64,000 nucleotides of DNA, from positions 79,639 to 143,638 of the forward strand of contig JBDNCJ010000001.1 in the NCBI GenBank assembly GCA_046719715.1, written 5' to 3'. Below, one piece after another: positions 25,384 to 37,066 of the stretch (position 1 is its first letter; every line of letters starts with the position of its first letter). Both the position numbers and the translations under genes were made by a program. The stretch is from Chloroherpetonaceae bacterium. GTDB taxonomy: Bacteria; Bacteroidota; Chlorobiia; Chlorobiales; Thermochlorobacteraceae. Under the pieces are notes generated by a model. It had not been told where the DNA came from, made no database searches, and saw only the letters and a list, made by a program, of their open reading frames with translations.

Positions 25384-27654
25384 TTATGGGCGTGGCGGAC
25401 GTCGCTCGTCGCGTCGACCATTTCCGCGACCGCCGCCGTCTCGATTGAACGAGCCTTCCGGACGCGGTTCACGGGGCGGACGCTCCACATAGCCTTCAGG
25501 CTTCGGAAGCAAGGCTTTCGCTGAAAGTTTCAAGCGAGTTTTGCCCGTCTTCGGGTCTTTTTGAACGTCAATGAGTTTAACAGCGATGCGCTCGCCGGCT
25601 TTGAGTTTATCGCTGGCTTTGGCGACACGCTCGTATGAAATTTCAGAGATGTGAAGCAGTCCTTCGATTTTCGGAAGAATCTCTACGAATGCGCCGAGTT
25701 CGTCTCGCACTTCTTTGACGAGCGCGTTTTCATAAACGGTTCCAACTTCCGGCTCACTTGTCAGTTGCTTGATTCGCGCCATCGCACGTTCCGCGCCGTC
25801 GCCGCTCACCGAAGCAATCGTTACCGTGCCGTCGTCGGCAATGTCGATTTCCGTGCCTGTTTCGGCAATAATGCCGCGAATGGTCTCGCCGCCTTTACCG
25901 ATAACGGCGCCGATTGCGTCAATGGGAATTTGCATCGTCGTCAGGCGCGGCGCATACTTCGAGAGATCCGGGCGCGGTGCGGCGATGGCTTTTTCCATTT
26001 CGCTGAGAATATGCAATCGACCCTGCTTGGCTTGGTCTAACGCTTTGATGAGAATGTCGTAATCAAGCCCATCGATTTTGATGTCCATTTGGCAAGCCGT
26101 AATACCCTCTTTGGTTCCCGCAACTTTGAAATCCATATCGCCCAAATGGTCTTCACTGCCGAGAATATCGGAGAGGACAGCGTAACGGTTGCCTTCTTTG
26201 ATAAGTCCCATCGCGATTCCTGCGACGGGCTTTTTAATTGGAACGCCTGCGTCCATTACTGCCAAAGTGCCGCCGCAAACTGACGCCATTGAGGATGACC
26301 CGTTCGATTCCAAAATATCGGAGACAATGCGCATCGTGTACGGAAACTCCGTTTCGCTCGGCAACATCATCTTAATGGCGCGCTCGGCAAGGTGTCCATG
26401 TCCGATTTCACGGCGACCGACGCCCGTCATTCTACCGACTTCGCCAACCGAAAACGGCGGAAAATTATAGTGAAGCATGAATCGCTTCTCAGGTTCTTCC
26501 ACAAGCGTGTCGACAAGTTGCGCGTCTTTGCTTGTGCCGAGCGTGAGCGTAACGAGGGCTTGCGTTTCGCCACGAGTAAAAAGTGCTGAACCGTGCGCGC
26601 GCGGCAATAACCCAAGTTCAATCGAGATTGGGCGCACGCTGACAAGGTCTCGTCCGTCGAGCCGCTTGCCGCCGTTCAGGACGACCTCGCGCATTGCCTT
26701 CTTTTCAAGGTCGTGAATGATTCCTTTGATGGCTTTTTCGTTGAGGTAGATGGCTTTCTCTGGATTCGTAGCAAGAACTTCATCAGTTACTTCGGCTTTG
26801 AATTTATCCAGCGCCAAACGAAGGGCTTCTTCATAAACGGATTTGGTTTTATCGGCGCGTTCTTCTTTTTGAAGCGGCTCTTGCGCAAGGGCATAGAGTT
26901 TATCATAACAAGCAGATGCGATGAAATCCTTCAAATCATCAGGAAAGATAGGGGGCGTGAAGGAACGCTTCGGTTTTCCACATTCCTTCATCATCTCTTC
27001 AATCACGGCGCATATTTTTTTGATGACCTCGTGCCCGAATTGAATCGCGGCAAGCATATCGGCTTCGGAAATTTCCTGCATTTCGCCTTCAAGCATGCAA
27101 ATTGTATTCTTCGTGCCGCCGATGCAAATATCCATATCCGATTCATCTAACTCTTCGGTATGCGGATTGACAATGAACGCGCCGTTGATTCTGCCCACAC
27201 GCACTTCCGCCATGGGTGTGTAGAAAGGAATATCGGAAAAGCATAGTGCCGCCGAAGCCGCCACGCCGCCGAGCACGTCGGCATCGTTGGTGCGGTCGGA
27301 AGAAATTACGCTGGCAACGATTTGCGTCTCGTTGTAAAATCCATCAGGGAAAAGCGGGCGAAGCGCACGGTCAATGAGGCGTGCTGAAAGGACTTCCTTT
27401 TCCGACGGTCTTCCCTCGCGCTTGACAAAGCCGCCCGGAAACCGTCCCGCCGCCGAGTATTTCTCACGAAATTCAACTTGAAGCGGAAAAAAATCTTGAT
27501 TCGGCGCGGCTTCTTTCTTGGCAACCGCCGTTGCTAACACCATTGTGTCTTCCATTGAAACCACAACGGCACCGTCGGCTTGCTTTGCCATTTTGCCGGT
27601 TTCAATTTTCAGGACTTTCCCTTGTCCCAAATCAATTTCTCTTGTAAAAACCAT
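25384..27654 (-). CDS. pnp: polyribonucleotide nucleotidyltransferase (PNPase)
   Basis: 756 aa with two RNase PH domains (e.g. [12 protein letters not shown] and [12 protein letters not shown]), a KH domain ([10 protein letters not shown]) and an S1 domain ([31 protein letters not shown]). It ends in an Arg/Gly/Pro-rich tail. Confidence 0.97.
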   Translation of the reverse strand: MVFTREIDLGQGKVLKIETGKMAKQADGAVVVSMEDTMVLATAVAKKEAAPNQDFFPLQVEFREKYSAAGRFPGGFVKREGRPSEKEVLSARLIDRALRPLFPDGFYNETQIVASVISSDRTNDADVLGGVAASAALCFSDIPFYTPMAEVRVGRINGAFIVNPHTEELDESDMDICIGGTKNTICMLEGEMQEISEADMLAAIQFGHEVIKKICAVIEEMMKECGKPKRSFTPPIFPDDLKDFIASACYDKLYALAQEPLQKEERADKTKSVYEEALRLALDKFKAEVTDEVLATNPEKAIYLNEKAIKGIIHDLEKKAMREVVLNGGKRLDGRDLVSVRPISIELGLLPRAHGSALFTRGETQALVTLTLGTSKDAQLVDTLVEEPEKRFMLHYNFPPFSVGEVGRMTGVGRREIGHGHLAERAIKMMLPSETEFPYTMRIVSDILESNGSSSMASVCGGTLAVMDAGVPIKKPVAGIAMGLIKEGNRYAVLSDILGSEDHLGDMDFKVAGTKEGITACQMDIKIDGLDYDILIKALDQAKQGRLHILSEMEKAIAAPRPDLSKYAPRLTTMQIPIDAIGAVIGKGGETIRGIIAETGTEIDIADDGTVTIASVSGDGAERAMARIKQLTSEPEVGTVYENALVKEVRDELGAFVEILPKIEGLLHISEISYERVAKASDKLKAGERIAVKLIDVQKDPKTGKTRLKLSAKALLPKPEGYVERPPREPRPEGSFNRDGGGRGNGRRDERRPPRP

Positions 27655-27817
27655 TGTTTGAATTGCGATTAGTTACAGCGCGACCACTTCGCGCCTAAGG
27701 TTATCTATCGTATTAAAGCGGGCGAATATAGAGAATATGTAGGGGTTTGTGAAACCGCTCAACGCCCAACAACGCCTCATTTTTTTGAAAAGCACCTGAA
27801 AAATTCCTGTTAGAAAT

Positions 27818-27848
27818 TTTGAAAATCAAGTCGAAACCTCTACCTTTG
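27818..27848 (+). promoter_or_regulatory. candidate FCB-type promoter (TTTG-N19-TACCTTTG), about 255 nt upstream of rpsL
   Basis: TTTG lies at 27818-27821 and TACCTTTG at 27841-27848, with exactly 19 nt between them. This matches the Bacteroidetes -33/-7 consensus. The -7 box also lies in one arm of a 7-bp hairpin (ctacctt/aaggtag), so the interpretation is ambiguous. Confidence 0.45.
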
Positions 27849-28103
27849 CAATCCTTTTTGGAAGGTAGTGCCGCCAAAAACATACTTCACACGCGCTAAA
27901 CCCGCATAAACAGAGGAGTTTTGGCATTCGGCTGAAGCGTTGAGCGACAAATCATTGAGCGACAAACCAGAAGGTAAGATGAAATGTCAAAGCCAATCGC
28001 TCCCAAAGGTGATGTGCCGACGGCAATGAATTTCCGAAGAGCGTTCAGATAAATTTTTTTTTCAGAGGTTAATTTTGCATCGCATCAGACTTAAAGCAAA
28101 GCA

Positions 28104-28520
28104 ATGCCAACGATACAACAATTAGTTCGCAAAGGAAGAAGTTCGAAAGCGTTTAAGACCGCCTCGCCAGCGCTTGAAAGTTGTCCTCAAAAGCGTGGCG
28201 TATGCACGCGCGTGTATACAACAACCCCGAAAAAGCCGAATTCTGCACTCCGCAAAGTGGCAAAAGTTCGTCTTTCAAATCAAGAAGAAGTGATTGCTTA
28301 CATTCCGGGAGAAGGGCATAATCTCCAAGAGCACTCCATTGTGCTCATTCGTGGCGGTCGTGTTAAAGATCTTCCCGGTGTTCGCTACCACATTGTTCGT
28401 GGTTCACTGGATACGGCGGGTGTCGCAAATCGCGGTCGCTCTCGCTCCAAATATGGTTCTAAGAAAGCACAACCAGCGGCGGCGGGCAAAGGTGCGCCGG
28501 CGGCGAAAGGTAAAAAATAA
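28104..28520 (+). CDS. rpsL: 30S ribosomal protein S12
   Basis: [12 protein letters not shown]...[18 protein letters not shown]...[32 protein letters not shown]. It has an Ala/Lys-rich C-terminal tail. Confidence 0.98.
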   Translation: MPTIQQLVRKGRSSKAFKTASPALESCPQKRGVCTRVYTTTPKKPNSALRKVAKVRLSNQEEVIAYIPGEGHNLQEHSIVLIRGGRVKDLPGVRYHIVRGSLDTAGVANRGRSRSKYGSKKAQPAAAGKGAPAAKGKK

Positions 28521-28537
28521 TTGAACGAACGAAGACT

Positions 28538-29005
28538 ATGCGTAAGAAATCATCAAATAGAAGCGGCTCACTCGGCGACCCAAAATATCAGGATCCCGTT
28601 GTAGAGCGTGCCATCAATGCAATTATGGAGCGCGGCAAGAAAAATATCGCCCGCAATATCGTCTATAGAGCGTTTGATATTATGGAGAAAAAAAATCAAG
28701 AAAATCCCCTCGAGACGTTCCGAAAAGCGGTTGCAAACGTGGCGCCTGTCGTGGAAGTTCGCGGTAAGCGCATTGGTGGAGCAACCTACCAAATTCCGAT
28801 TGAAGTACGCGCCGATCGACGTCTTGCCCTTGCAATGCGTTGGATTAAAGAAAATTCCGTCAAGCGCGGCGGACGCTCAATGGCGGATAAGTTCGCCGCC
28901 GAACTTTTGGACGCATCAAACAATCAAGGCAACTCGGTGCGTAAAAAAGAAGAAGTTCATAAAATGGCAGAAGCGAATAAAGCCTTTTCGCATTTCCGAT
29001 TCTAA
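28538..29005 (+). CDS. rpsG: 30S ribosomal protein S7
   Basis: It contains VEVRGKRIGGATYQIPIEVRADRRLALAMRWI and is the second gene of the str operon. Confidence 0.98.
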   Translation: MRKKSSNRSGSLGDPKYQDPVVERAINAIMERGKKNIARNIVYRAFDIMEKKNQENPLETFRKAVANVAPVVEVRGKRIGGATYQIPIEVRADRRLALAMRWIKENSVKRGGRSMADKFAAELLDASNNQGNSVRKKEEVHKMAEANKAFSHFRF

Positions 29006-29051
29006 TCATTTTTAGTCAGTCATAATCGAAAACTGAATCCGACACACGACA

Positions 29052-31172
29052 ATGCCCAGACAGATTGCGTTAGATAGAGTGAGAAATATCGGGATTTCCG
29101 CACACATCGATGCCGGAAAAACCACCACCACCGAGCGTATTCTTTATTACACCGGTCGCGTCCACCGATTGGGTGAAGTTCATGATGGCGCGGCAACAAT
29201 GGACTGGATGGAACAAGAAAAAGAACGCGGAATTACAATCACTTCGGCTGCGACAACATGTTTCTGGACGGCTAAATATGGAAACTTCAAAGATAAAAAG
29301 CATCGAATCAACATCATTGATACGCCTGGGCACGTGGACTTTACCGTTGAAGTCGAGCGTTCTCTGCGCGTGCTTGATGGTGCAGTCGCCTTGTTTGATT
29401 CGGTTGCAGGGGTTCAACCCCAATCAGAGACCGTGTGGCGACAAATGAATAAGTATAAAGTGCCGCGCATCGCATATGTGAATAAAATGGATAGAATCGG
29501 TGCGAATTTCTTGAATGTCGTTAAGATGATTCAAGAACGCCTGAAGTCGCGTGCCGTTCCGATTCAACTTCCTATCGGTGAAGGCGATATGTTCAAGGGA
29601 TTTGTGGATTTGATTCGCATGAAAGGGCTTATCTATGATGCTGAAGACGGAACAACTTACCATGAGGTTGAGATTCCTGCCGATATGGCGGAAAGCGTGA
29701 AGCAGTGGCGCACGAATTTGATTGAATCGGTGTCGGAAGTCAATGACGCACTTTTGGAAAAATATCTCGGCGGCGAAGAGCCGACGGAAGAAGAAGTTCG
29801 CTCCGCCCTTCGCGAAGCCTGCTTGAAGCTCATTCTTGTCCCGATGCTCTGCGGTTCATCGTTCAAAAACAAAGGCGTTCAATTTATGCTCGACGCTGTT
29901 GTGGATTATTTGCCGTCCCCGCTTGATATTGCAGTGGTGAAAGGTACCGACCCGAAAACGGGCAATGAATTGACGCGCAAGGTGTCTGATGACGAACCCT
30001 TTTCAGGTCTTGCGTTTAAGATTGCGACAGACCCCTTTGTTGGTCGTTTAACATATGTGCGCGTCTATTCAGGAAAAGTGAGTTCGGGAAGCTATGTCAT
30101 CAATGCGACAAACGGAAAGAAAGAGCGTGTTGGACGGGTGCTCCAAATGCACGCCAATCACCGAGAAGACTTGGAAGAAGGGCTGGCGGGAGAAATCGTT
30201 GGAATTGTTGGATTGAAAGATACGCGAACAGGGGATACACTTTGCGAAGAGGGAAAACTAATTGTGCTCGAAAAAATCGTGTTCCCTGAACCCGTCATTC
30301 AAATTGCCATCGAGCCCAAGACGAAAGCGGACTCTGAAAAAATGAGTATTGCGCTTCAAAAACTTGCAGAAGAAGACCCGACCTTCCGCGTCAAAACCGA
30401 TGAAGAAACCAATCAAACGATTATTTCGGGGATGGGCGAATTGCACCTTGAAATCATTGTGGATAGAATGAAGCGTGAGTTCAAGGTTGAAGCGAACATC
30501 GGCAAACCGCAAGTGGCTTACAAAGAAACCATTCGCAAACGCGTTGAAGCAGAAGGAAAATTTGTGCGCCAGTCGGGCGGTAAAGGTCAGTTTGGATTGG
30601 TAAATCTCTATGTAGAGCCATCGGAAAAAGGAAAAGGATTTGAGTTTGTCAATGAAATCAAAGGCGGAGCAATTCCAAAAGAATATATCCCTGCGGTTGA
30701 AGATGGCATTGAAGAAGCATTGAAGAATGGCGTGCTTGCAGGCTATCCGATGCAAGACATAAAGGTAACTTTGTTTGATGGAAAATATCACGAAGTTGAC
30801 TCATCGGAAATGGCGTTCAAAATTGCAGGTTCAATCGGGTTCAAAGAAGGTGCGCGCAGAGCGAACCCTGTGCTTCTCGAGCCGATTATGGCGGTCGAAG
30901 TAACAACACCCGAAGATTATATGGGATCTGTTATGGGCGACCTCTCAAGTCGTCGCGGACGAATTGAAGGCATGGAAGCGCGACCCGGAGAGCAAGTCAT
31001 TACCGCAAAAGTGCCGCTTGCAAACATGTTTGGTTATTCAACCGATTTGCGCTCGATGTCGCAAGGACGCGCAAACTACACAATGGAGTTCTTCGCATAT
31101 GAAGAAGCGCCGAAAGCAGTCGCCGATGAAATTATTGAGAAGAGTGGCGCAAAAGCGGCAGCCGAAGTATAA
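29052..31172 (+). CDS. fusA: translation elongation factor G
   Basis: [47 protein letters not shown]; 706 aa. Confidence 0.98.
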   Translation: MPRQIALDRVRNIGISAHIDAGKTTTTERILYYTGRVHRLGEVHDGAATMDWMEQEKERGITITSAATTCFWTAKYGNFKDKKHRINIIDTPGHVDFTVEVERSLRVLDGAVALFDSVAGVQPQSETVWRQMNKYKVPRIAYVNKMDRIGANFLNVVKMIQERLKSRAVPIQLPIGEGDMFKGFVDLIRMKGLIYDAEDGTTYHEVEIPADMAESVKQWRTNLIESVSEVNDALLEKYLGGEEPTEEEVRSALREACLKLILVPMLCGSSFKNKGVQFMLDAVVDYLPSPLDIAVVKGTDPKTGNELTRKVSDDEPFSGLAFKIATDPFVGRLTYVRVYSGKVSSGSYVINATNGKKERVGRVLQMHANHREDLEEGLAGEIVGIVGLKDTRTGDTLCEEGKLIVLEKIVFPEPVIQIAIEPKTKADSEKMSIALQKLAEEDPTFRVKTDEETNQTIISGMGELHLEIIVDRMKREFKVEANIGKPQVAYKETIRKRVEAEGKFVRQSGGKGQFGLVNLYVEPSEKGKGFEFVNEIKGGAIPKEYIPAVEDGIEEALKNGVLAGYPMQDIKVTLFDGKYHEVDSSEMAFKIAGSIGFKEGARRANPVLLEPIMAVEVTTPEDYMGSVMGDLSSRRGRIEGMEARPGEQVITAKVPLANMFGYSTDLRSMSQGRANYTMEFFAYEEAPKAVADEIIEKSGAKAAAEV

Positions 31173-31235
31173 CACAACAGAAAATTGAGTTTAACAACAA
31201 CCACTTGTAACTGCTAACTTTGGAGGAATCCAACA

Positions 31236-32417
31236 ATGGCTAAAGAGAATTTCAAGAGAGACAAACCGCACGTGAACATCGGCACGATTGGACACGTTGA
31301 CCACGGTAAAACCACGCTCACGGCGGCAATCACTAAAACGCTCTCCGAGCGCGGCATGGCGCAAGCATTGGCTTACGACCAAATTGACAAAGCTCCCGAA
31401 GAAAAAGCACGCGGCATCACAATTTCAACATCACACGTTGAATACGAAACGGATAAGCGTCACTACGCGCACATCGACTGCCCCGGACACGCTGACTATA
31501 TCAAAAACATGATTACCGGTGCTGCCCAAATGGACGGTGCAATCCTTGTGGTCGCCGCAACCGACGGACCGATGCCGCAAACGCGCGAACACATCTTGCT
31601 TGCCCGCCAAGTCAATGTGCCGTCAATCGTTGTCTTTTTAAACAAAATTGATATTGCGGACCCAGAACTTGTTGAACTCGTTGAAATGGAACTTCGCGAG
31701 TTGCTTTCTGCTTACAAATTCCCGGGTGATGAAATCCCGATTGTACGCGGCTCGGCACTCGGCGCACTCAACGGAGAAAAACAATGGGTGGATTCTGTTG
31801 TGAAATTGATGGAAGAAGTCGATCGTTATATCCCGACGCCCGTACGTGATGTTGATAAACCGTTCTTGATGCCGGTTGAAGACGTCTTCACGATTCAAGG
31901 TCGTGGAACAGTCGCGACCGGACGCGTCGAACGCGGAAGAATCAAGTTAAACGAAGAAGTCGAACTGATTGGATTAGGTCCAACAAAAAAATCAGTCGTG
32001 ACCGGTATCGAAATGTTCCGCAAAAGTCTTGAGGAAAGCCAAGCGGGTGATAATGCGGGACTGCTTCTGCGCGGCATTGAAAAGAGTGAAGTTGAGCGCG
32101 GTATGGTTATCGCAAAACCCGCCAGCATCACGCCCCATACGAAATTTAAAGCGCAAATTTACGTATTGAAAAAAGAAGAAGGCGGACGCCACACATCGTT
32201 CTTCTCAGGTTATCGTCCGCAATTCTACTTCAGAACGACGGACGTGACCGGCGTCGTTACGCTTCCAGCCGGTGTGGATATGGTGATGCCCGGCGATAAC
32301 GTAACCGTTGAAGTAGAACTCATTACGCCCGTTGCGATGGACAAAGGCTTGAACTTCGCGATTCGCGAAGGCGGCAGAACCATTGGCGCAGGCGCAGTCT
32401 CCGAAATCATTGCGTAA
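31236..32417 (+). CDS. tuf: translation elongation factor Tu
   Basis: [55 protein letters not shown]. It is 393 aa with a GGAGGA SD upstream. Confidence 0.98.
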   Translation: MAKENFKRDKPHVNIGTIGHVDHGKTTLTAAITKTLSERGMAQALAYDQIDKAPEEKARGITISTSHVEYETDKRHYAHIDCPGHADYIKNMITGAAQMDGAILVVAATDGPMPQTREHILLARQVNVPSIVVFLNKIDIADPELVELVEMELRELLSAYKFPGDEIPIVRGSALGALNGEKQWVDSVVKLMEEVDRYIPTPVRDVDKPFLMPVEDVFTIQGRGTVATGRVERGRIKLNEEVELIGLGPTKKSVVTGIEMFRKSLEESQAGDNAGLLLRGIEKSEVERGMVIAKPASITPHTKFKAQIYVLKKEEGGRHTSFFSGYRPQFYFRTTDVTGVVTLPAGVDMVMPGDNVTVEVELITPVAMDKGLNFAIREGGRTIGAGAVSEIIA

Positions 32418-32438
32418 GTAACGATTTGAATAGGAATG

Positions 32439-32471
32439 AGGGGCGTTTGTTTCGGCAGACGCTCCTTTTTT
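32439..32471 (+). terminator. rho-independent terminator/attenuator after tuf
   Basis: The stem aggggcgt/acgctcct is 8 bp with one G-U pair, the loop is 12 nt, and a T6 run follows immediately. Confidence 0.6.
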
Positions 32472-32511
32472 ATCCAAAATTAGATACAGAAATTTAGACA
32501 CAGAAAAAGAC

Positions 32512-32823
32512 GTGGCAGCGCAACAAAAAATCCGCATCAAGCTCAAATCATACGACCATAGTTTGGTTGATAAGTGGGCGGAAAAAATTATCGATGTCGT
32601 CAAACAAACGGACGCAATCATTTCCGGTCCGATTCCGCTCCCGACGGAATCGCAGGTTTATACCGTCAACCGCTCGCCCCACGTTGACAAGAAATCGCGC
32701 GAACAGTTCATGATTGCGTCGCATAAACGTTTGATTGAAATCATCAACCCAAGCGGCAAAACAATCGACTTGCTCATGAAAATCGAGCTGCCAAGTGGCG
32801 TTGATGTCGAAATCAAGAGTTAA
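32512..32823 (+). CDS. rpsJ: 30S ribosomal protein S10
   Basis: The start is GTG. (M)[27 protein letters not shown] aligns with the S10 N-terminus (QRIRIRLKAFDH). Confidence 0.97.
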   Translation: MAAQQKIRIKLKSYDHSLVDKWAEKIIDVVKQTDAIISGPIPLPTESQVYTVNRSPHVDKKSREQFMIASHKRLIEIINPSGKTIDLLMKIELPSGVDVEIKS

Positions 32824-32882
32824 TACAACAACAGATTCATTAACCGCTGTTTCCAAACGGTGAGTTACAAAATCGAACACAC

Positions 32883-33515
32883 ATGAGTGCAATTCTAGGA
32901 AAAAAAGTCGGAATGACGAGCATCTATGATGCCAAAGGTAAAGTCGTTCCATGTACCGTAATTGAAGCGGGACCATGTTTCATCTCACAAGTAAAGACCG
33001 TTGATAAAGAAGGGTATAACGCCTACCAATTTGCGTTCAACGAAAAACGTGAAGACCGTACGCCTAAGCCCCAAATCGGACACTTCAAAAAAGCAAATGT
33101 GAAACCCGTTTATGAAGTGGTTGAATTTCGCAAGGAAGTCGTTGGGCTGGAATTGAACACCGGCGACGTCGTTAAAGCCGATGTGTTCAAAGAAGGCGAA
33201 AAGGTTGACGTGGTCGGCACTTCAAAAGGCAAAGGATTTGCAGGGGTTGTCAAGCGTCATCACTTTGGAGGCGGATTCAGAACGCACGGACAATCCGACC
33301 GAGAGCGGGCTCCCGGCTCGATGGGGGGGTCGTCGCATCCGTCTCGCTCTTTCAAAGGACTGAAAATGGGCGGCAGAATGGGCGGAGAGCGCGTTACAGT
33401 TCGCAACTTGGTTGTTGTGAAAGTGATTGCCGACTCTAATTTGATTGTCGTGCGCGGCGCGGTTCCGGGACCGAAAAACGCATACCTTCAAATCACCACC
33501 GCAAAGAAACCATAA
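32883..33515 (+). CDS. rplC: 50S ribosomal protein L3
   Basis: [13 protein letters not shown]...[20 protein letters not shown]; position after rpsJ. Confidence 0.97.
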   Translation: MSAILGKKVGMTSIYDAKGKVVPCTVIEAGPCFISQVKTVDKEGYNAYQFAFNEKREDRTPKPQIGHFKKANVKPVYEVVEFRKEVVGLELNTGDVVKADVFKEGEKVDVVGTSKGKGFAGVVKRHHFGGGFRTHGQSDRERAPGSMGGSSHPSRSFKGLKMGGRMGGERVTVRNLVVVKVIADSNLIVVRGAVPGPKNAYLQITTAKKP

Positions 33516-33550
33516 TCATCAAGCCGTAACGATTAAACGTAGCAACAAGA

Positions 33551-34177
33551 ATGGAACTCAAAGTTTTGAAAAAGGACGGAACGGACAGCGGCGAGATGAT
33601 TGCGCTCAACCCTGAAATTTTCGAAATTCAACCGAGCGATCACGCAATCTATCTCGATGTCCGCTCAATTCGCGCCAATCAACATCAAGGCACGCACAAG
33701 GTAAAGTCGCGCTCCGAAGTTCGCGGTGGCGGCAAGAAACCGTATCGTCAAAAGGGCACCGGCGGTGCACGTCGCGGAACCCAACGCTCTCCTTTAATGC
33801 CGGGCGGCGGCGCAATTTTCGGACCTCAACCGCACGATTACGTCGTCGGCATCAACAAGAAAGTTAAAACGCTGGCGCGCAAGTCGGCATTGGCTTACAA
33901 AGCAAAAGCAAACGCGATTTTCGTCGTCGAAGATTTTACGCCCGAAGTCATCAAGACGAAAGAAATTGCAAGCACACTCAAAAACCTAGGCATTGCAGGA
34001 AAGAAGACGCTGTTCCTGACCGCAGGTAAAAACGACGTGCTTTACAAATCAGGACGAAACATTCCGACCTTGAACGTGTTGGAAGCCAATAAAGCATCAA
34101 CCTACGACATTCTGGATAACAAAGTGCTGTTGCTCCAAAAGAGTGCCGTTAAAGCCCTTGAAGAAAATCTTTTGTAA
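33551..34177 (+). CDS. rplD: 50S ribosomal protein L4
   Basis: RANQHQGTHKVKSRSEVRGGGKKPYRQKGTGGARRGT; conserved position. Confidence 0.97.
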   Translation: MELKVLKKDGTDSGEMIALNPEIFEIQPSDHAIYLDVRSIRANQHQGTHKVKSRSEVRGGGKKPYRQKGTGGARRGTQRSPLMPGGGAIFGPQPHDYVVGINKKVKTLARKSALAYKAKANAIFVVEDFTPEVIKTKEIASTLKNLGIAGKKTLFLTAGKNDVLYKSGRNIPTLNVLEANKASTYDILDNKVLLLQKSAVKALEENLL

Positions 34178-34189
34178 CGGAGATAAAAT

Positions 34190-34504
34190 ATGACCAACGT
34201 GTTAGTAAGACCGCTTCTCACCGAAAAAATCTTGAAACTGCAAGAAGAGAAGAACCAATATGCATTTGAGATTCAAGACGGTGCAACAAAAGAAGAAGTG
34301 AAAAAAGCCGTAGAGTCCAAGTTCGGCGTTCAAGTGATTTCGGTGCGCACCATGAACAAAAAAGGTAAAGCGAAAGCACAAATGACGCGCAAAGGCATTC
34401 GATACGGCAAGCATTCCGATACAAAGCGCGCCCTTGTTACGCTCGCCAAAGACAGTAAAATCGACTACTACGCCAATACGGGCGCATCTGAAAAAAAAGA
34501 CTAA
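34190..34504 (+). CDS. rplW: 50S ribosomal protein L23
   Basis: LVRPLLTEKILKLQEE.NQYAFEIQDGATKEEVKKAVESKFGVQVISVRTMN; conserved position. Confidence 0.96.
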   Translation: MTNVLVRPLLTEKILKLQEEKNQYAFEIQDGATKEEVKKAVESKFGVQVISVRTMNKKGKAKAQMTRKGIRYGKHSDTKRALVTLAKDSKIDYYANTGASEKKD

Positions 34505-34543
34505 AGGCATAACAGATCTCGAAAAGTTTAATCACGACGCATC

Positions 34544-35389
34544 ATGGCGGTTAGAAAATTAAGACCAGTAACACCGGGAACGCGATTTGCATCGTATCCT
34601 TCGTTTGAAGAAATCACGAAAAAAGAACCTGAAAAAAGTTTGATTGTGCCGCTCAAAAAGACGGGCGGACGCAATAATCTCGGTCGGGTTACCTCGCGCG
34701 GCATGGGCGGAGGCGCGAAACGCTTCTATCGCCTCATTGATTTCAAGCGCGATAAAGAAATGAACGCAACCGTCGAAGCCATTGAATATGACCCGAATCG
34801 CTCGGCGCGCATTGCATTGCTCAAATACGAAGACGGTGAGAAACGATATATTCTCGCTCCAAACGGCACAAAAGTCGGCGATAAAATTGAATGCGGCGAC
34901 GGCGCAGACATCAAAACCGGCAATGCCCTGCGATTGAAGTTCATTCCTGTCGGCACGGAAATCCATAGCATTGAGCTAAAAGCAGGAAAAGGCGCGCAGT
35001 TAGCCCGCAGCGCAGGGGCATTCGCAACACTTGCGGCAAAAGAAGGAAGTTATGCAACGCTGAAAATGCCGTCGGGCGAAATTCGAAAAGTAAGAATCGA
35101 GTGCAAAGCCACGATTGGCGTGGTCGGAAACTTGGAACACGAAAACATCTCGCTTGGAAAAGCGGGTCGCTCGCGATGGCTGGGCATTCGCCCGATTACG
35201 CGCGGCATGGCACGCAATCCCGTCGACCACCCAATGGGCGGCGGCGCAGGTAAATCAAAATCCGGCGGCGGTCGTCAGCATCCTGAATCGCCATGGGGAC
35301 AAAAAGCTAAAGGCTTAAAGACAAGACGCGGAAAGAAATCATCCTCGAAACTCATCGTCAGAGACCGTCGAGCTAAGAAACAAGACTAA
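34544..35389 (+). CDS. rplB: 50S ribosomal protein L2
   Basis: [50 protein letters not shown]. Confidence 0.98.
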   Translation: MAVRKLRPVTPGTRFASYPSFEEITKKEPEKSLIVPLKKTGGRNNLGRVTSRGMGGGAKRFYRLIDFKRDKEMNATVEAIEYDPNRSARIALLKYEDGEKRYILAPNGTKVGDKIECGDGADIKTGNALRLKFIPVGTEIHSIELKAGKGAQLARSAGAFATLAAKEGSYATLKMPSGEIRKVRIECKATIGVVGNLEHENISLGKAGRSRWLGIRPITRGMARNPVDHPMGGGAGKSKSGGGRQHPESPWGQKAKGLKTRRGKKSSSKLIVRDRRAKKQD

Positions 35390-35414
35390 ACAATAAGGTA
35401 ACCACTTTTAAGCA

Positions 35415-35708
35415 ATGCCACGCTCACTCAAAAAAGGTCCGTTCGTTCAAGATCGACTCTTGGATAGAATTACAGAAATGAATGAAAAGGGACAGAAAAA
35501 AGTCCTTAAAACATGGTCGCGTGCTTCAATGATAACGCCAGACTTTGTCGGACACACAATTGCCGTCCATAATGGCAAAACGCATATTCCCGTATATGTC
35601 TCGGAAAATATGGTTGGACATAAGTTCGGAGAATTCGCACCAACCCGCACATTTAGGGGGCATTCGGGAGCAAAAGAAAAAGGGGCTTCTGCACCCGGCA
35701 AAAAGTAA
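35415..35708 (+). CDS. rpsS: 30S ribosomal protein S19
   Basis: [11 protein letters not shown]...[51 protein letters not shown]. Confidence 0.98.
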   Translation: MPRSLKKGPFVQDRLLDRITEMNEKGQKKVLKTWSRASMITPDFVGHTIAVHNGKTHIPVYVSENMVGHKFGEFAPTRTFRGHSGAKEKGASAPGKK

Positions 35709-35724
35709 CGGAGGAAAAACGATT

Positions 35725-36135
35725 ATGAGCGTTAGAAAAAGAGAAGTGGCAACGGCGAAAAAAGAAAAACGCGCCAAAGACACCAAAGTGCGTGCCGTTC
35801 AGCGCAATACACCAACCTCGCCGCGAAAAATGCGTCTCGTCGTAGACCTTGTGCGCGGCAAAAACGTCGGTGAAGCACAAGCGATCTTGCAAAACTCAAC
35901 AAAGCATGCCGCAAGAACCGTCCTCCGCACGCTGAAGTCTGCTGTGTCTAATTATCTGCAAAAACACAGCGACCGACAAGTGAACGAAGAACGCCTGTTC
36001 GTTACCGAAGCCTTCGTCGACGGCGGCGTAACGCTCAAGCGTATGCTCCCCGCACCGATGGGAAGAGCCTACCGAATGAGAAAACGCTCCAACCACCTCA
36101 CGATTGTGGTTGATGAAAAACGAATCAAATCTTGA
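35725..36135 (+). CDS. rplV: 50S ribosomal protein L22
   Basis: The ORF-track frame 35545-36135 overlaps rpsS. It is trimmed to the ATG at 35725 (MSVRKREVA..), which has a GGAGGAAAAA SD upstream. The core is [24 protein letters not shown]. Confidence 0.95.
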   Translation: MSVRKREVATAKKEKRAKDTKVRAVQRNTPTSPRKMRLVVDLVRGKNVGEAQAILQNSTKHAARTVLRTLKSAVSNYLQKHSDRQVNEERLFVTEAFVDGGVTLKRMLPAPMGRAYRMRKRSNHLTIVVDEKRIKS

Positions 36136-36158
36136 TAATTTCTTGACGCACTAACTCG

Positions 36159-37004
36159 ATGGGACAGAAAGTAAATCCAAACGGTTTCAGACTCGGTATC
36201 ATTAAAGACTGGGATTCGCGCTGGTATGACGCGGGCGGCAACGTGGCCGAAAAAATTAAAGAAGACCGCCTTATTCGCGAATACGTCACAACGCGCTTGA
36301 AGCGTCAAAAAGCGGGCGTGTCGAAAGTCGTTATTGAGCGCACAACGAAAAATATCAAACTCTACATTTACGCGGCACGACCTGGTGCGGTTGTCGGAAA
36401 GAGCGGCGAAGAAATCAATACGCTCGGTCAAGAACTCGGCAAACTCACGAAGAAAGACATAAAAATCGACGTGATTGAAATCAAGAAGCCTGAACTTGAC
36501 GCACAACTTGTCGGAGACAACATTGCCGCGCAACTTGAAGGTCGTGTGTCGTTTCGCCGTGCGATGAAACAAGCCATGCAACAAGCAAATCGTGCGGGTG
36601 CGGAAGGCATTCGCGTTCAAGTCTCTGGTCGCTTGGGCGGTGCGGAAATCGCCCGTATGGAGCAATATCGCGAAGGCAAAGTGCCGCTTCATACCTTACG
36701 CGCCAACATTGATTATGCGCAATCCACCGCCTTCACCATCACAGGCACCGTCGGGATTAAAGTTTGGATATACAAAGGAGAAGTGTTGGTGCAACGCATT
36801 GATTCGATTGAAGAAGAAGAGCGTCAAAAAGTGAAAGATCGTAGAGAAAATCAACGCAATCGCGGCGGACGCGGAGACAATCGCCGAGACGGACGCGGCG
36901 GCGACGGGCGCGGAGACAGTCGTAGACGTCGACGCAAACCGAGTTCAAGACCTCAACAAGGCGGCGGCGACGCCCCGTCTGCCTCGCAAGAACCTGCTGA
37001 ATAA
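36159..37004 (+). CDS. rpsC: 30S ribosomal protein S3 (with a roughly 60-aa Arg/Gly/Asp-rich C-terminal tail)
   Basis: [23 protein letters not shown] and [30 protein letters not shown]. The tail is [34 protein letters not shown]... Confidence 0.97.
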   Translation: MGQKVNPNGFRLGIIKDWDSRWYDAGGNVAEKIKEDRLIREYVTTRLKRQKAGVSKVVIERTTKNIKLYIYAARPGAVVGKSGEEINTLGQELGKLTKKDIKIDVIEIKKPELDAQLVGDNIAAQLEGRVSFRRAMKQAMQQANRAGAEGIRVQVSGRLGGAEIARMEQYREGKVPLHTLRANIDYAQSTAFTITGTVGIKVWIYKGEVLVQRIDSIEEEERQKVKDRRENQRNRGGRGDNRRDGRGGDGRGDSRRRRRKPSSRPQQGGGDAPSASQEPAE

Positions 37005-37066
37005 ACGCATATACGCGAATCAAACTTTCTATAAAGGAAATTCTTAACGCATAGGAGACTTCAACG

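Noticed and set aside
27979-28029. A 16-codon mini-ORF (MKCQSQSLPKVMCRRQ) in the rpsL leader, as a possible leader peptide
   Set aside because: It is too short and has no regulatory codon run or convincing SD spacing. It cannot be distinguished from chance.
35545-35724. Track-extended starts of rplV (35545), rpsN (39599), rpsM (45508), rplF (40518), mreC (53964) and others
   Set aside because: Each extension overlaps the preceding conserved gene. Each also has an internal ATG with an SD that aligns with the canonical N-terminus of the protein family.
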